From NCBI RefSeq assembly GCF_018350175.1, contig NC_058368.1, positions 140,122,001-140,186,000 of the forward strand: DNA of 64,000 nucleotides. The letters run 5' to 3'. Origin of the DNA: Felis catus (lineage: Eukaryota). The notes below the pieces were generated by a model, which had not been told where the DNA came from, ran no database searches, and saw nothing but the letters and a program-made list of their open reading frames with translations. This document shows positions 1 to 13,289 of the stretch, piece after piece. The translations under genes and the position numbers were made by a program. Within the stretch, counting starts at the first letter, position 1. Each line of letters starts with the position of its first letter.

Positions 1-997
1 ATGGCTTCAGGTCTCACATTAGGTCTTTAATTTATCTTATTTTTGTGTATGGCATGAGAAAGTGATCCAATTTCACTCTTTGGCATGTAGCTGTCTGGTT
101 TCCCCAGCACCATTAAAAAAAATTTTTTTTTAATGTTTATTTATTTTTGAGAGAGAGAGAGAGAGCAAGCAAGGGAGGGGCAGAGAGAGAGGGAGACACA
201 GAATCTGAAGCAGGCTCCAGGTTCTGAGCTGTCAGCACAGAGCCTGACACAGGGCTCGAACTCACGAACCGTGAGGTCATTACCTGGGCCAAAGTTGGCT
301 GCTTAACTGACTGAGCCACCCAGGCACCCCTTTCCAGTGCCATTTTTGAAGAAGACTGTCTTTTACCCATTTTATGTTCTTGTGTCCTTTGTCATAGATT
401 AATTGACCATATAAGCATGGATTTATTTCAGGGCTTTCTTTTCTGTTCCGTTGTTCTTTGTGTCTAGTTTTGTGCCAGTGCTATACGGTTTTAATTACTA
501 CAGCTTTGTAGTATATATTGAAATCTGGGGTTTTGATACCTTCAGCTTTGTTCTTCTTTCTCAGAATTGCTTTGGCTATTTGGGTGTTTTGTGGTTCCAT
601 ACAAATTGTAGGATTATTTCTTCTAGTTCTGTGAAAAATGCTGTTGGTATTTTGATACAGATTGCATTGAATCTGTAGATTGCTTTGGGTAGTATGGACA
701 TTTGAACAATGTTTCTTCTTCTAACCCACAAACATGGAATATCTTCCATTTATTTGTGTCATTTTCAATTTCTTTCATCAATGTTTTATAGTTTTCAGAG
801 TACAAGTCTCTTACCTCTTTTGTTAAGTTTATTCCTAAGTATTTTATTATTTTTAGTATGATTATAAATGGAATTATTTTCTTAATTTCTCTTCCTGCTA
901 GTTCATTTTTAGTGTATAATTTGGCAACTGATTTCTGTGTATTAATTTTGTATCCTGCAATTTTACTGAATACATTTATTATTTCTAATAGTTTTTT
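1..997 (-). mobile_element. L1 (LINE-1) ORF2 fragment, 5'-truncated, interrupted by a SINE
   Basis: Minus-strand ORF 623-1084 contains L1 ORF2 peptide KIAGYKINTQKS...[27 protein letters not shown]; similarity ends near 997. Confidence 0.92.
114..330 (-). mobile_element. CanSINE (carnivore tRNA-derived SINE) inside L1
   Basis: Reverse complement begins GGGGTGCCTGGGTGGCTCAG; (CT)n tract and A-rich tail; degenerate TSD tttcc..gcacc/tgccatt. Confidence 0.95.
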
Positions 998-1249
998 CCT
1001 CAGCTCATGTTTGCACAGGCTCCTCTGTCCCATCTTGTGTCTATGGATAGTCATACCAAATCCTGTGACATGTAGCCCACCCATTCACAGCATTGCCTGC
1101 TTCTGTCCACAGTGCTGCTCAACATGGTCTCGTTACTCTGAATGTCATGACAGTCTTGACTACAAGCCAGTCCCCCGGAAAGATTTCTTTCTCGTGAGAT
1201 TTTATAATGGCAACGCTAGAATGAATTGAGATTATGAGGTTTCCAATAG

Positions 1250-1452
1250 ACCTGATTCAAAACCCAGATTTGCCATTTGCTAGCTTTGAAAACTTTGGCA
1301 AGTTATTCAAATTCCCTAAGATTCAATTTCTTCATCTAAAAAAATGAGGAAGATGTATTTACCTTGCAGGCTTGCTGTAAGAATTGGATAAACTGATATA
1401 TGTAAAATCTTAGTCATGTATCTGGTACCTGGTAAATGTTTCATAAATGTTA
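1250..1452 (+). mobile_element. MIR SINE remnant
   Basis: MIR core-like ttggcaagttattcaaattccctaagattcaatttcttcatctaaaaaaatgagg. Confidence 0.7.
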
Positions 1453-1829
1453 AGATCCTCGCTTCAAACGTATTTCTAAGGGCATCATTTCCTACAGAAT
1501 CTATACAGGCTCATTTTAAGGGTAGGTTCTCAGTTTAGCATTCAGGGCCCTTTGGCAGTTGTCTTTGTCCACATCTCTTGTCTGTCCCTGATGTGACTTT
1601 CCTGTTCCTGCCAAGTAAATTTCCATACGTCCCACAAGTGACTCATACTTTCTGGCCTCCATGGCTCTTCTGTTATTACAACTGCATTGCATTTAGTCTT
1701 TAAACAGCTCTCAGCATTGGACCTCCTCTCTACAACCTTTGATCTCATTCTGTGTCAAAGCCTAGTTTGGTATTAACTTCTTCCAAAAACCCAGTGCCAC
1801 TCTCTTCTTTGCACTCTCCTTTACCACAC

Positions 1830-2152
1830 ATGGTAGATAAATTTCTGACAACACCTGTGACTGACCTCTGTAATCCAACACCTTCTCTTACAGTGTAACC
1901 TTGTCAAGAGATAGTCTGTTTCTCCTACCTTTGAAAGTGGGTGGACTCTGTGACTTCTTGGGCCAATAAGATGTTGTCAGATGTCGTTTCCAGTATTTCT
2001 GAGCCCAGGACTTAGGAAGACTGGCAGCTTCCATGTTATACCTTAGAATGCTCACTCTTGGTAAGACAAATCACTTTGTCAGAAACCTGGTTACTTTGAG
2101 GCTTCCATGCAATAAGGAAGCCCAAGCTAGCTAGTTACATGGAAAGCCCATT

Positions 2153-2188
<36 letters not shown>

Positions 2189-2440
2189 CACCAGCCCCCA
2201 GATGTTTTAGCCATTGATAGTAGCCAGCCTCCAAGATGACTGCTACCTGCTAGTGCTCATACTCTTGTGTAGTCTTCCTGTATGTACTGTGCTAAGATTG
2301 GTCTGTGTGACCAGCAACAATATGGCAGATGTACTTGTTGGTACATCACTTTGGAGATTACGATGTAAAAAATTGCAGCTGCCATCCCCCAATGTCTCTC
2401 ATGACTTGCTCTGGAGAAAACCAGCTCTCATGGAGCTCCG
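1830..2440 (+). mobile_element. MaLR (MLT1-type) LTR remnants, probably two adjacent pieces
   Basis: MLT1-like motifs (ctgtgacttcttgggccaataag; aggaagcccaagctagc; agccagcctccaagatg) flanking a (GA)n run. Confidence 0.6.
2157..2186. repeat. (GA)n microsatellite
   Basis: Direct reading. Confidence 0.95.
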
Positions 2441-4529
2441 GTAAATTGGAAAAAAATCATTCAGAGCTAGCAAGTGAAGGAACCCAGATTCAAGTTCAGG
2501 CTGCAGGATTTCGAAGCCCAGGCAATTAACCACTCTCCCTTCTACTTTTTCTATAATTCAGAAGAGCCCAAAATATAGTTCTGATTGCTTAGTAACAGTC
2601 TTGAAACCCCACCCCACTTCCACACATAAGTCAATGCATTTTTCATTTTCTAAGTGAAACAGCATTAGATTTATTATACTGTAGAACTTCACTTAGTGTA
2701 AGCCAAATACCACAGTGTATAATCATTTTAATTATTTATTTGTGTAGTTTCCAGTACTTTGTCCAAGTATTTTGTTTCATTTCTTTATATATATAAATAT
2801 TTCTTTATTTTATATATATAATGAATAATGAATATATATATATATATATTCATTTCTTTATATCTTTCTATCTATCTGCAGGTCATTCCTTCTTCGGTAG
2901 TATAAAATAAGCAAACAAATTCAAAAAGAAAGAAAGGCTCATTTAATACCAAAGCAGTTCCCTCTTATGGATTTGATTTATTTCCTCTCCTCTTCCTTTT
3001 CTATACTGATATTTACTGAAAGGGTTGGCTGCAATCTTAAGCCAAACAACACATTAATCTGTGGTGACCCAGGATGCTGCTGGGGGCGAAGGTGTTGATG
3101 CTCTTTTGTGCTGCTAATGCCAAGGTTTTGTTACTCTTAACTTTATTGTTTAAATTTATTTTATGTTGCTTTTCCATGTGAGTGTTAATTACATGGTGGC
3201 TTGCTGTTGACTTCTCAATATCCTTCTTCTGTTTGCAAAGCACTGTGTCATGCTCTGTGGAAGCTGCATTAAGGAGGGTTCCTTCCCTCAAAAAGTTTAA
3301 AGCTAGTGACGGTTAAGAAGTCTACCAGCGTTTCTGGGTGGCACAGCAGGAGTAGTAAAAAGGAATTCATTCATTCTCCATGTATTTTTAGAGCATTCTA
3401 CAATATTGTAGGCATTGTTTTAGGCATCTGGAATTCATCACAGAATCCAGACATCAAGTGTGTAGAGCTTATACTATTGCATATCAGACGGTGATACATG
3501 TTATCTGAGACAAATAGGGCAGGGTGAGGTGAAAGTGAGCATCTTCTTTTCGATTTCTTCTACATGCCAGATGTGTTACAGATGCTCTTGATCATCAAAA
3601 TAACCCAATCCTGGAAAAATAAGAATATTTGAACTCAGAGAAATTAGGAAACTTTGATCTTTATAATACAAAGGCCATCATGCCACTGTACCATGTTATC
3701 TCCCTTTAGAAATGCTAAAACACACACACACACAAAGTTCAATGGAAGAAAATGAGAGAGCAGTGAATTCTCAAGGGGCTTTGTGGAAGTCTTCATGGAG
3801 GAGGTGGCCTTTGAGAGGGCCATTAACAAATAAGCAGAAAGAGGAGGGGAGAGCATGATCAACGAGGGAACTCTGAATACATGAGTATATATCTATTCCA
3901 GTATATATCTATTCAACTTAAATCCATGTAATTGTATAAAGGTTTTGCTATCTCAAACGTAAAACTCAAAAGGTTTTCCTACTGCATGAGAACTTATTTT
4001 CTAAAAGCCAACTTGCACTCCACAGCCCTGTAGCATTCAAATAAAATGAAAAGAATGTAAAGCAATGCTCTCGTAATAGGAAAAGGAACTTCCAGGTCAG
4101 TGTTTTAAAACAACAACAACAAAAAAACAAAATAAATAAATAAAACCCAAACCTTTTCTGGTTCTGAGCCAGAAAGACCTTTCCCAAAGAGGAGGCAGCC
4201 CAACCCAAGGCCTCCCCCAGGGGTGCTCTCTCTGATGGCCTCTTGCTAGCCTAAGTCCTCAGATCCTTGGGAAGGTCTGAATGTGACCGTCCTTGTTCAT
4301 TCATTTTATGTCACAGAGTGCTGCCAGTAGATTTTCCCATTATGGAAATTGGGGATATTTTTTTCCAGGACGTATTTATTAACGGTAATGCTTTGGCTTT
4401 CTTCCATCTATTGAACAGAGTACTTATATGCATTCCACTGAAGAATGGGAATTGAGTTTTTTCCATTATCCGACCCATGTTCTTCTTAAATCTGATGGCG
4501 TCCTTTCCTAATGCTTCCAATAATGGTTT

Positions 4530-4990
4530 TCTCTTTGTGTACTTTTGATTGAAGTGTAATATACATATAGAGAAGTACAAAGGTCTTGATTGTTCAGATT
4601 GATGAATTCTTACAAAGTAAACACACCTGAGTAACCGGTACCCAGATTAAGAAAGAGAACCTTCCCAACACCCCCAGAAGACTCCTCATCACTACTCCCC
4701 AAGGGTGACCACTATCTGACTTCTAATAATAGTGAATAGCTTTGCCAGATTTGCACTTAATATAATTATAAATAGAATTATGTGGTATGTACTTTTTCTT
4801 GTTGGGCTGTTTTTACTCAGTGAGATCCATCTATGTGGTTGCTGGTGGTTAGAGTTTGTGTGTTCTCGGGTGGTATAGTACTCCATAGTGTGTCTACAGA
4901 GTGAACAGACAACACTGTGTCTATCCATTCTGTTGTTGATGGCATCTAGGTTGTTCCCAATATGGGGACCACAGCTATAAAAATTGCTAT
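4530..4990 (-). mobile_element. Old L1 (L1M-type) 3' end fragment
   Basis: acacacctgagtaaccggtacccagattaag...ctccatagtgtg...ctatccattctgttgttgatggc matches an L1M 3' UTR/ORF2 end in antisense. Confidence 0.7.
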
Positions 4991-5829
4991 AAAAATAATT
5001 TATGGAACTTGCGTGTGATCCATAAGAAAAAAATTGTTATATTTATATGTTAATGGATACCCTAATTACAAGCAAAATTCTAAGTTAAAAAGAAAATTGT
5101 GCTAGAGGGCAAGTTCCTTGAAAATAAGGTATGTACCTTAGTCCCTGGTGGATTCCCAGAGCCTGCTTCCTGGTGGAAGCAGATAGCAGAGGGGTTCAGC
5201 AAACATTTGATGAACATATAAATGAACTTTAGAATTAGGAAAATTTTATCTTTAGGGAAGAAGACTGACATCTAAGAGGCCATCTTACTAATTGGTGAGC
5301 TACATTAATGTGAGTGTCCCATTAACCACCAAATGATCATTAGCAGGACTATTATTGTAAAAGAATTTCTGCAGTGGGTAGAAGGCGGGTGAGACTAGAT
5401 GGCCTTAATCCTAAATGGCTAGGATTCTATTTAACATGTTGTAATTACACAAATAATGTCACTCTGGGTAAAAGGAAGAACAGGGGGAAACAAATTATTT
5501 TGTTTTATTTTTGTTTTGGGGTTATTGACTTTGTGGGTTTTTTGTTTTTTTTGTTGTTGTTGTTTTCTGGGGTTTTTTGTTTTTTGTTTCCTGTGCTAAA
5601 TACTTCCCTGTGAGCACCAGAGGAAGCTGGTGTTGCAGTAAGTAGCAGTTTTCATTATACATTTATTTTGCTTAATTTTCATGTTTATTTTGTAAAAGGG
5701 CCTCAATTGTTATGTCACATGGCTTTAGTGGTATCATCGCTTTTACTCAAGGCAGAACAGAGTTCTTATGACAAACAGGACATCATACCATAAAAAGCAG
5801 AAATTCAGGAGCCAGATAACTGATGATGA

Positions 5830-6030
5830 ATCCTGCCTAATTCATCATTCACCATTCATTCACCATTTATTAACTGTGTAACTTTGAGCCATTTATCCAA
5901 CCTTTCGTTTCCTTATCTGCAAAATGTGGCCAATAATGGTACCAACCTCACAGTCATCATAGGGATGAATATATGTAAGGCACTTGAAATAATGCATGAC
6001 ATACTAAGCAATCAATTAGTATTTGCTTTG
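5830..6030 (+). mobile_element. MIR SINE remnant
   Basis: ctgtgtaactttgagccatttatccaacctttcgtttccttatctgcaaaatgtgg core. Confidence 0.65.
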
Positions 6031-6499
6031 TTTGTAAGAACCATCACTCATATTGTAGATATTGGTTAAATGCAGCCCAACTTATTCAGTTAATATTTGT
6101 TAAAATGTTTAGGATTGACGAGATGCTATAAGTGTTATTTATTTGGTCTTGACACAAGGCAATGACGTGATTTTTCTTCCATGATTAAATACGGGGACCA
6201 TTGAAGATGGAGGTTAGGGAGGAGTGCGCACATCCAGCAGGCAGACTTCACTGACAAGCAGGAGAAAGAGTGTACAGAAAACTCCTTGGGATCTCCTTGG
6301 TCAGAGCCTTGGAGAACTGGAAGAGATGAGTCCCAAGTAAAAATGCAATTCACCCCTCAGGGCTGGTGATGACTAAAGTTGGCATAGATAAGGCTGTGTG
6401 CCTTCACTTGTTTGTTCATTAGTCATTTATCCATTTCTATACTCTTCATTGTTTCCCCTAAAAAAGGATTTCCACGTTAGCATTTCTCCCCCAATTCCT

Positions 6500-9400
6500 T
6501 TTATTTTTTTATTCTCAAGTTAGTTAACATACAGTGTAGACTTGGCTTCAGGAGTGTAGAACCCAGTGATTCATCTCATATATATGACACCCAGTGCTAA
6601 TCCCGAAAAGTGCCCTCCTTAATGCCCATCACCCATTTAACCCACCTTCATCAACCCTCGGTTTGTTCTCTGTATTTAAGAGTCTCTTATGGTTTGTCTC
6701 CCCTCTGTTTTTATCTTATTTTTCCTTCCCTTCCTCTATGTTCATCTGTTTTGTTTTCTTAAATTCCACATATGAGTGAGATCATATGATATCTGTCGTT
6801 CTCTGACTGACTTATTTCACTTAGCATAATAACCTCCAGTTCCATCCACCTTGTTGCAAATGGCAAGATTTCATTCTTTTTCATCGCTGACAAGTCCATT
6901 GTATCTATATACTACATCTTCTCTATCCATTCATCAGTTGATGGACATATGGGTTCCTTCCATAATTTAGCTATTGTTGATAGTGCTACTATAAACATGG
7001 GGGTGCCTGTGCCCCTTTGAAAGAGCACACCTGTATCCTGTGGATAAATGCCTAGTAGTGCAATTGCTGGGTCATAGGGTAGATCTATTTTTAATTTTTT
7101 GAGGAACCTCCGTACTGTTTTCCATAGTGGCTGCAGCAGTTTGCATTCCCACCAACCATGCAGGAGGGTTCCCCTTTCTCCACATTCTCGCCAGCATCTG
7201 TTGTTTCCTGAGTTGTTAATTTTAGCCACTCTGACTGGTGTGAGGTGGTATCTCATTGTAATTTTGATATATATTTCCCTGATGATGAGTGATATAAGCA
7301 TCTTTTCATGTGTCTGTTTGGCATTTGTATGTCTTCTTTGGAAAAGTGTCTGTTCATGTCTTCTACCTATTTCTTCACTGGATTATCTGGGGTTTTTTAG
7401 TGTTGAGTTTGGTAAATTCTTTGTAGATTTTGGATACTAACCCTTTATCTGATATGTTTTTGCAAATATCTTCTCCCATTCCATTGGTTGCCTTTTAGTT
7501 TTGTTGACTGTTTCCTTTGCTGTGCAGAAGCTTTTTATATTGATGAGGTCCCAGTAGTTCATTTTTGCTTTTATTTGCCTTGCCTTCTGAGACATGTCAA
7601 GTAAGAAGTTGCTGCGACTGAGGTCAGAGAGGTTGCTGCCTGTTCTCTCCAGTAGGATTTTGATGATTTCCTGTCTCACGTTAAGGTCTTCCATCCATTT
7701 TGAATTTATATTTGTGTTTGGTGTAAGAAAGTGGTCCAGGTTCATTCTTATGCATGTTGCTGTCCAGGTCTCCCAGCACCATTTGCTAAAGAGGCTGTCT
7801 TTTCTCCATTGGATCCTCCTTCCTACTTTGTTGTAGATTTGGTCATATATTTGTGGGTCCCTTTCTGGGTTCTCTATTGTATTCCATTGATCTCTGTGTC
7901 TGTTTTTGTGCCAATACCATACTGTCTTGATGATTATAGCTTTGTAATATAGGTTAAAGTCCAGGACTGTGATGCCCCCAGCTTTGGAATCTGGGATCTT
8001 TTTGGTTCCATACAAATTTCAGGATCGTCTCTTCTAGCTCTGTGAAGAATGCTGGTGCTATTTTGATTGGGATCACATTGAATGTGTAGATTGCTTCGGG
8101 TCTTATTGACATTTTAACAATATTTGTTCTTCCAGTCCATGAGCATGGAATGTTTTTCCATTTCTTTGTGTCTTCTTCAATTTCTTTCATAAGTTTTCTA
8201 TAGTTTTTAGGGTACAGATCTTTTACCTCTTTGGTTAGGTTTATTCCTAGGTATTTTATGGTTTTGGGTGCAGTTGTAAATGGTATCAATTCCCTGATAC
8301 CTCTTTCTGTTGCTTCCTTGTTATTGTATAGAAATGTGACCAGTTTCTGTACATTGATTTTATATCCTGCAACTTTGATTAATTCCTGTATAAGTTCTAG
8401 CAGCTTTTTGGTGGAGTCTTTTGGGTTTCCCATATAGAATATCATGTCATCTGTGAGAAGTGAAAGTTTGACTCCTTCTTTGCCAATTTGGATGCCTTTT
8501 ATTTCATTTTGTTGTCTGATTGCTGAGGCTAGGACTTCCAACACTATGTTAAACAACTGTGGTGAGAGTGGACATCCCTGTCATGTTCCTGATCTCAGGG
8601 GGAAAGTTTTCAGTTTTTCCCATTGAGGATGATATTAACTATGGGCCTTTCATCTGTGGCTTTTATGATGTTAAGGTATGTTCCTTCTATGCCTACTTTC
8701 CTTTTTAGTAGGGACTTTTCTGGGTTTGGCAGGAAAGGCGGTCTTAAGAGGAATATACACTGAGGGGCGCCTAGGTGGCTCAGTCAGTTAAGCGTCCGAC
8801 TTCGGCTCAGGTCATGATCTCATAGTTTGTGGGTTTGAGCCCCATGTCGGGCTCTGTGCTGACAGCTCAGAGCCTGGAGCCTGCTTCAGATTCTGTGTCT
8901 TCCTCTCCCTGGCTCTCACTCTGTCTCTCTCTCTCAAAAATAAATAAATATTAAAAAAAATTTAAGAGGAATATACACTGAAATTCACTGAAATCCAGGC
9001 CTATCTCAAGAGGCGAGAAAGTCTCAAATAAACAACCTAACCTTATACCTAACAGAGCTGGAAAGCAGCAGCAAAGAAAGCCCAAAGCCAGCAGAAGAAG
9101 GGCAATAATAAAGATTAGAACAGAAGTGAATGATACAAAATCAAAAAACAAACAAACAAACCAAAAACAAAACAGTAGAACAGATCAGTGAATCTAAGAG
9201 CTATTTTTTGAAAGAATAAACAAAATGGATAAACCCCTACCCAGACTTCTCAAAGAGAAAGAGAGAGAGGACCCAAATAGATAAAATCATGAATGAAAGA
9301 GGAGAGATCACAACCAATACCACAGAAATACAAACAATTATTAGAGAATACTATGAAAAATTATATGCCAACAAACTGGACAATCTGGAAGAAATGGACA

Positions 9401-9631
9401 AATTCCTAGACACTCATACACTACCAAAACTCAAAGGGGAAGAAATAGAAAATTTGAACTGACCCATAACCAGCAAAGAAATTGAATTGGTTATCAAAAA
9501 TCTCCCAACAAATAAGAGTCCTGGGCCAGATGGCTTCCCTGGGGAATTCTACCAGACATTTAAAGCAGAGTTAACACCTATTCTTAGCAAACTATTGCAA
9601 AAAATAGAAATGGAAGGAAAGCTTCTAAACT
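6500..9631 (-). mobile_element. Carnivore L1 with 5' inversion: 3' part antisense about 6500-8700, inverted part on + strand about 8718-9635
   Basis: ORF2 peptides on - (6912-8556) and on + (9487-9675: [17 protein letters not shown]); exact 19-bp TSD catttctcccccaattcct at 6481-6499 and 9632-9650. Confidence 0.95.
8764..8961 (+). mobile_element. CanSINE nested in the inverted L1 segment
   Basis: TSD ttaagaggaatatacactga at 8744-8763 and 8962-8981. Confidence 0.96.
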
Positions 9632-9929
9632 CATTTCTCCCCCAATTCCTGATCAGAACCTTCCAGAGCATTTAAAACTGTGGCATTTTAATCTGTTGTA
9701 AGAAGACCCTGCTCTCGTTGAGGGCCTTCTAACTGTTTATGCACTGGAATTGAAGCATCAAAATAAAGTGATCCCTAAGAATTCAGAACTGTACCAAGTA
9801 ATAAACCTCAGATGAATCCTAAGTTTAGAAACGTGATTTTCTTCCTGCTCATCAAATTTTGGTAAAGTGCCTCCCTAAGGGAAAGCCACAGTGAAGAGAG
9901 CATCTAAAGTTCCTTGCCACACGTCTGGG

Positions 9930-11010
9930 TTAAAAAATAACAATAAGCAAACCAGATCACAAATTAAAGTATCGATGCATATTTCTGCATGCAGGTTTAA
10001 AATGTGTATAGTTTTAAAAATTAAAAGCATAATCAACCCAAAGATAAATTAAACAATGGAAATTTGCAGCAACTAAAATAATAGGTTCTTATGAAAATAA
10101 TCTCACAAATCATTGAGAAACAATGTAGACTTTAATATTTGATGTGAATAAGAAACTCCCAAAATGCCCTATAATTACTTAGCTAATACACCAAGAAAAT
10201 GTTCAGCTGCACTAGTAATAAATAAATGCCAATAAAAACAACAAAATAACATTTCTCTTTATCGAAGTAGCAAATGTTTAAAGCATTTTTTTTTCAACGT
10301 TTATTTATTTTTGGACAGAGAGAGACAGAGCATGAACGGGCGAGGGGCAAAGAGAGAGGGAGACACAGAATCGGAAGCAGGCTCCAGGCTCTGAGCTGTC
10401 AGCACAGAGCCCGACGCGGGGCTCGAACTCACGGACCGTGAGATCGTGACCTGGCTGAAGTCGGACGCTTAACCGACTGCGCCACCCAGGCGCCCCCGAA
10501 GTAGCAAATGTTTAAATGATAAAACCCAGAGATATTTAAGACGAAGGAGGTAAAAGTATCTATGGGAGACTAAATTGGTCTTTAGGTTTTAGGTTAGCAA
10601 TAGGTGTCACGTAGATGTTTATTCCTTTAGTTCCAATAACCCCACTTCTGAAAGTCCATTTTAAGTGTTTAAAAATCTGACAAAGCTTAGCTAACAACGA
10701 TATCCATCACAGCAATACTTAGTGAAATGTTTAAAATCACTGAAAACTAGAAGACTAGTTATGTATCCATTCACTACAGCAGTGAAAAATAATGCTTATG
10801 TAATTTGCAATATAAGAGTAAAGAGTTCTGCGATAATGTTAAGTGAGGGAAGCTAGTCATAAAATACAGTGTGATTGCAATTATGTAAATACCATCTTAA
10901 AAAAAAGTTTAAAAAATCTATAAAAGTCTAGGCATCATGCAAAAAGACAAATGAAGTATATTGAAATAGCACATAAGTGGTTGTTTCTGGGGGGTAGAGC
11001 TATGTATAAG
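9930..11010 (+). mobile_element. Old, highly diverged L1 (L1ME-like) 3' fragment
   Basis: aaaatgttcagctgcactagtaataaataaatgccaataaaaacaacaa and related L1 3'-end motifs; A-rich. Confidence 0.5.
10283..10496 (-). mobile_element. Young felid SINE (SINEC_Fc-type)
   Basis: CpG-rich, near-consensus; exact 20-bp TSD cgaagtagcaaatgtttaaa at 10263-10282 and 10497-10516. Confidence 0.97.
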
Positions 11011-11941
11011 GCTTTCCTCCTTTTGATTTATCCACAGTTGTATACCTTATCCACATAATCTGTAATAAGGATATTTATCTGTTACATTGGAAACAATTTT
11101 TGGTAATTGAAAAAATAAACAAATGAGGAAAAAAAAATATGGGAACTTTCATTTTCTTTTCCCAGCAGAGTAATAGAACAATTTATTTTATCTGACTTGT
11201 GGCTACCTGTTCCATTTGTGGAGTATAGATGCTAAATCCAGTGTCCTCCTAGCCAAGCCTTTCCCCTGCTATAGCTCCTTGGCCTGCAAGATCAAGTCTT
11301 AAAGCCATTCAAGGTCTTATTAAAAACTAAAGGGATACCCCAAACATTTAGTGCTCGATTTCTTTGGAAATTTAATCTTCTAATCAAGTCTGAGAAATTT
11401 TTTAAATTCATTTTCTTAAAACATTAAATCCAACTTTAGTTATATTGCTGATTAAATACCTTTTGATCTTTGAGATCACCATGCTTGAGAAAGCTTTAAG
11501 CATATTCATGTTCAGGGATTGTGGGCGTAAGTAAGATTCAACTCCTTTCTCATTTGTTACGTGAACTGCCCTCATCGAGCGCAGGCTATCACTGCAAAGT
11601 AGATGAAGAAAGCACTGCAGTATTAAAACTTATAAAAGGTTGATGACTCCCTTACAGAAGGTTCCAGCCTGACTTCTATGGTCTCATGGGCTCTGTGTGT
11701 CATCAAGACGTCCTAAGATTCTGAAGCCCCAGTTCCGTGGCTCTGAGGGACTTGGGACCTGGCATTAGGAACAATGCGTGTCTATTATGTTTCATTCTCA
11801 GGAACCCATCTGACAGCACTCGTCAGGTCACATGTTGTCTGTGCTCAGCATACTATGCTGCTGACTTCTTGGACTCTAAGTAGGGACCCAACCAAGGTTG
11901 GGCTCCTTACTAGGAGAGGTCCTCATTAAAACTCAAACCCT

Positions 11942-12170
11942 GGGGCGCCTGGGTGGCACAGTAGGTTAAGCGTCCGACTTCAGCCAGGTCACGATCTTGC
12001 GGTCCGGGAGTTCGAGCCCCGCGTTGGGCTCTGGGCTGATGGCTCAGAGCCTGGAGCCTGTTTCCGATTCTGTGTCTCCCTGTCTCTCTGCCCCTCGCCC
12101 GTTCATGCTCTGTCTCTCTCTGTCCCAAAAATAAATAAACGTTGAAAAAAAAATTAAAAAAAAAAAGAGA
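11942..12170 (+). mobile_element. Young felid SINE (SINEC_Fc-type)
   Basis: TSD taaaactcaaaccct at 11927-11941 and 12171-12185; long A tail. Confidence 0.97.
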
Positions 12171-13289
12171 TAAAACTCAAACCCTACAATTTCTCCCCTT
12201 TGAAATCTTTCTTCCAACAGCGTCTGATTCTAAAGTAGCTGTTACTTTAAGATAAACTATAAGAAATAAATTCTGGCCAGCGTAATAATGCTTATTTACC
12301 TCTCTTGGAGGGTTTATATTATTATAAGTTATATATTATACATAATATAGTGCTATACTATTATATACTCATATATATAGTCTATAATACAATTATATAT
12401 TAGTATATATTAACACTGTACCAAACTATTATAATCATAGGTTTAATGTTATACTATTTTTAAATATTAGTCCCAGAAAAATAAAAAATTTCAGTGGAAT
12501 TTCAGATATTGTTACTAACCAACAAGGGAGATATTTCAGGAGTCTGTACTTTCCATATATTCCATATCACACTCCACTGACTTAAAAGGCTGGCTTAGAC
12601 TGAAGGCTGTACAAGATATCTCAATTCCTAATTTTTCAGTATGGGCCAAAAAAAGAAAGGAACACTCAACAATTTCAGGTAACTATTGTGTGGATTTCTA
12701 AAATCTCTAACAAGAATCCATACCTCAAGAGAGCTGACCTTTCTTTGTTTCAGGTGTCATGTGTCTTTTTCGCTCAACAGTTAAGGTCATGAGTATATGT
12801 CACATTGCTCAACAAAACCCACTGATTGACACAAACTCTGTGACACAACGCTAGTCTCTTGAATTGAAATGCGAAAAATATAGTTTTAGTCTAGACCATA
12901 CCAGCCATCAGATCAAAATAGCAGGTATTTTGATTCTTCAGTTCAGAGGTCACGTATGATAATTCAGCCCTTGGTTATGGACTGGGAGAAAGTCAAAGAT
13001 TGGTATGTGATGGTTGACCTCTTCTTATCTGAGCTCATCTAGTCAAAAACCAAAGGGGACGTTTTCATTATCCAGAATCATTTTGCAGGAAATAATTTTT
13101 TAATAGATTGGTCTTTCACAATATGAAAAAAAAAGGTTTCTATCTCTAGTTCTGCTCCACGATTATCATTTTGTTGAACATCCACAATGTTTTTTGTTTT
13201 GCTTTGTATTTTAGGCAATTCAAATGTGTTTCTGTAATACTTACTTTCTGTTAATTTTGAGATATGCTTTAAGGAAGTAGTGTGCGTAA

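Noticed and set aside
6912..8556. L1 ORF2-derived ORFs (also 44513-45573 and 58608-61461) as host CDS or an active L1
   Set aside because: Fragmented by stops, frameshifts and deletions; all copies are 5'-truncated with no promoter or complete ORF1.
11942..12030. tRNA genes
   Set aside because: A/B-box-like heads belong to tRNA-derived CanSINEs with (CT)n bodies, tails and TSDs.
11910..12128. Recurrent MGQRETEHERGRGRE... ORFs (also 17274, 20602, 40150)
   Set aside because: Antisense translations of SINEC_Fc, not genes.
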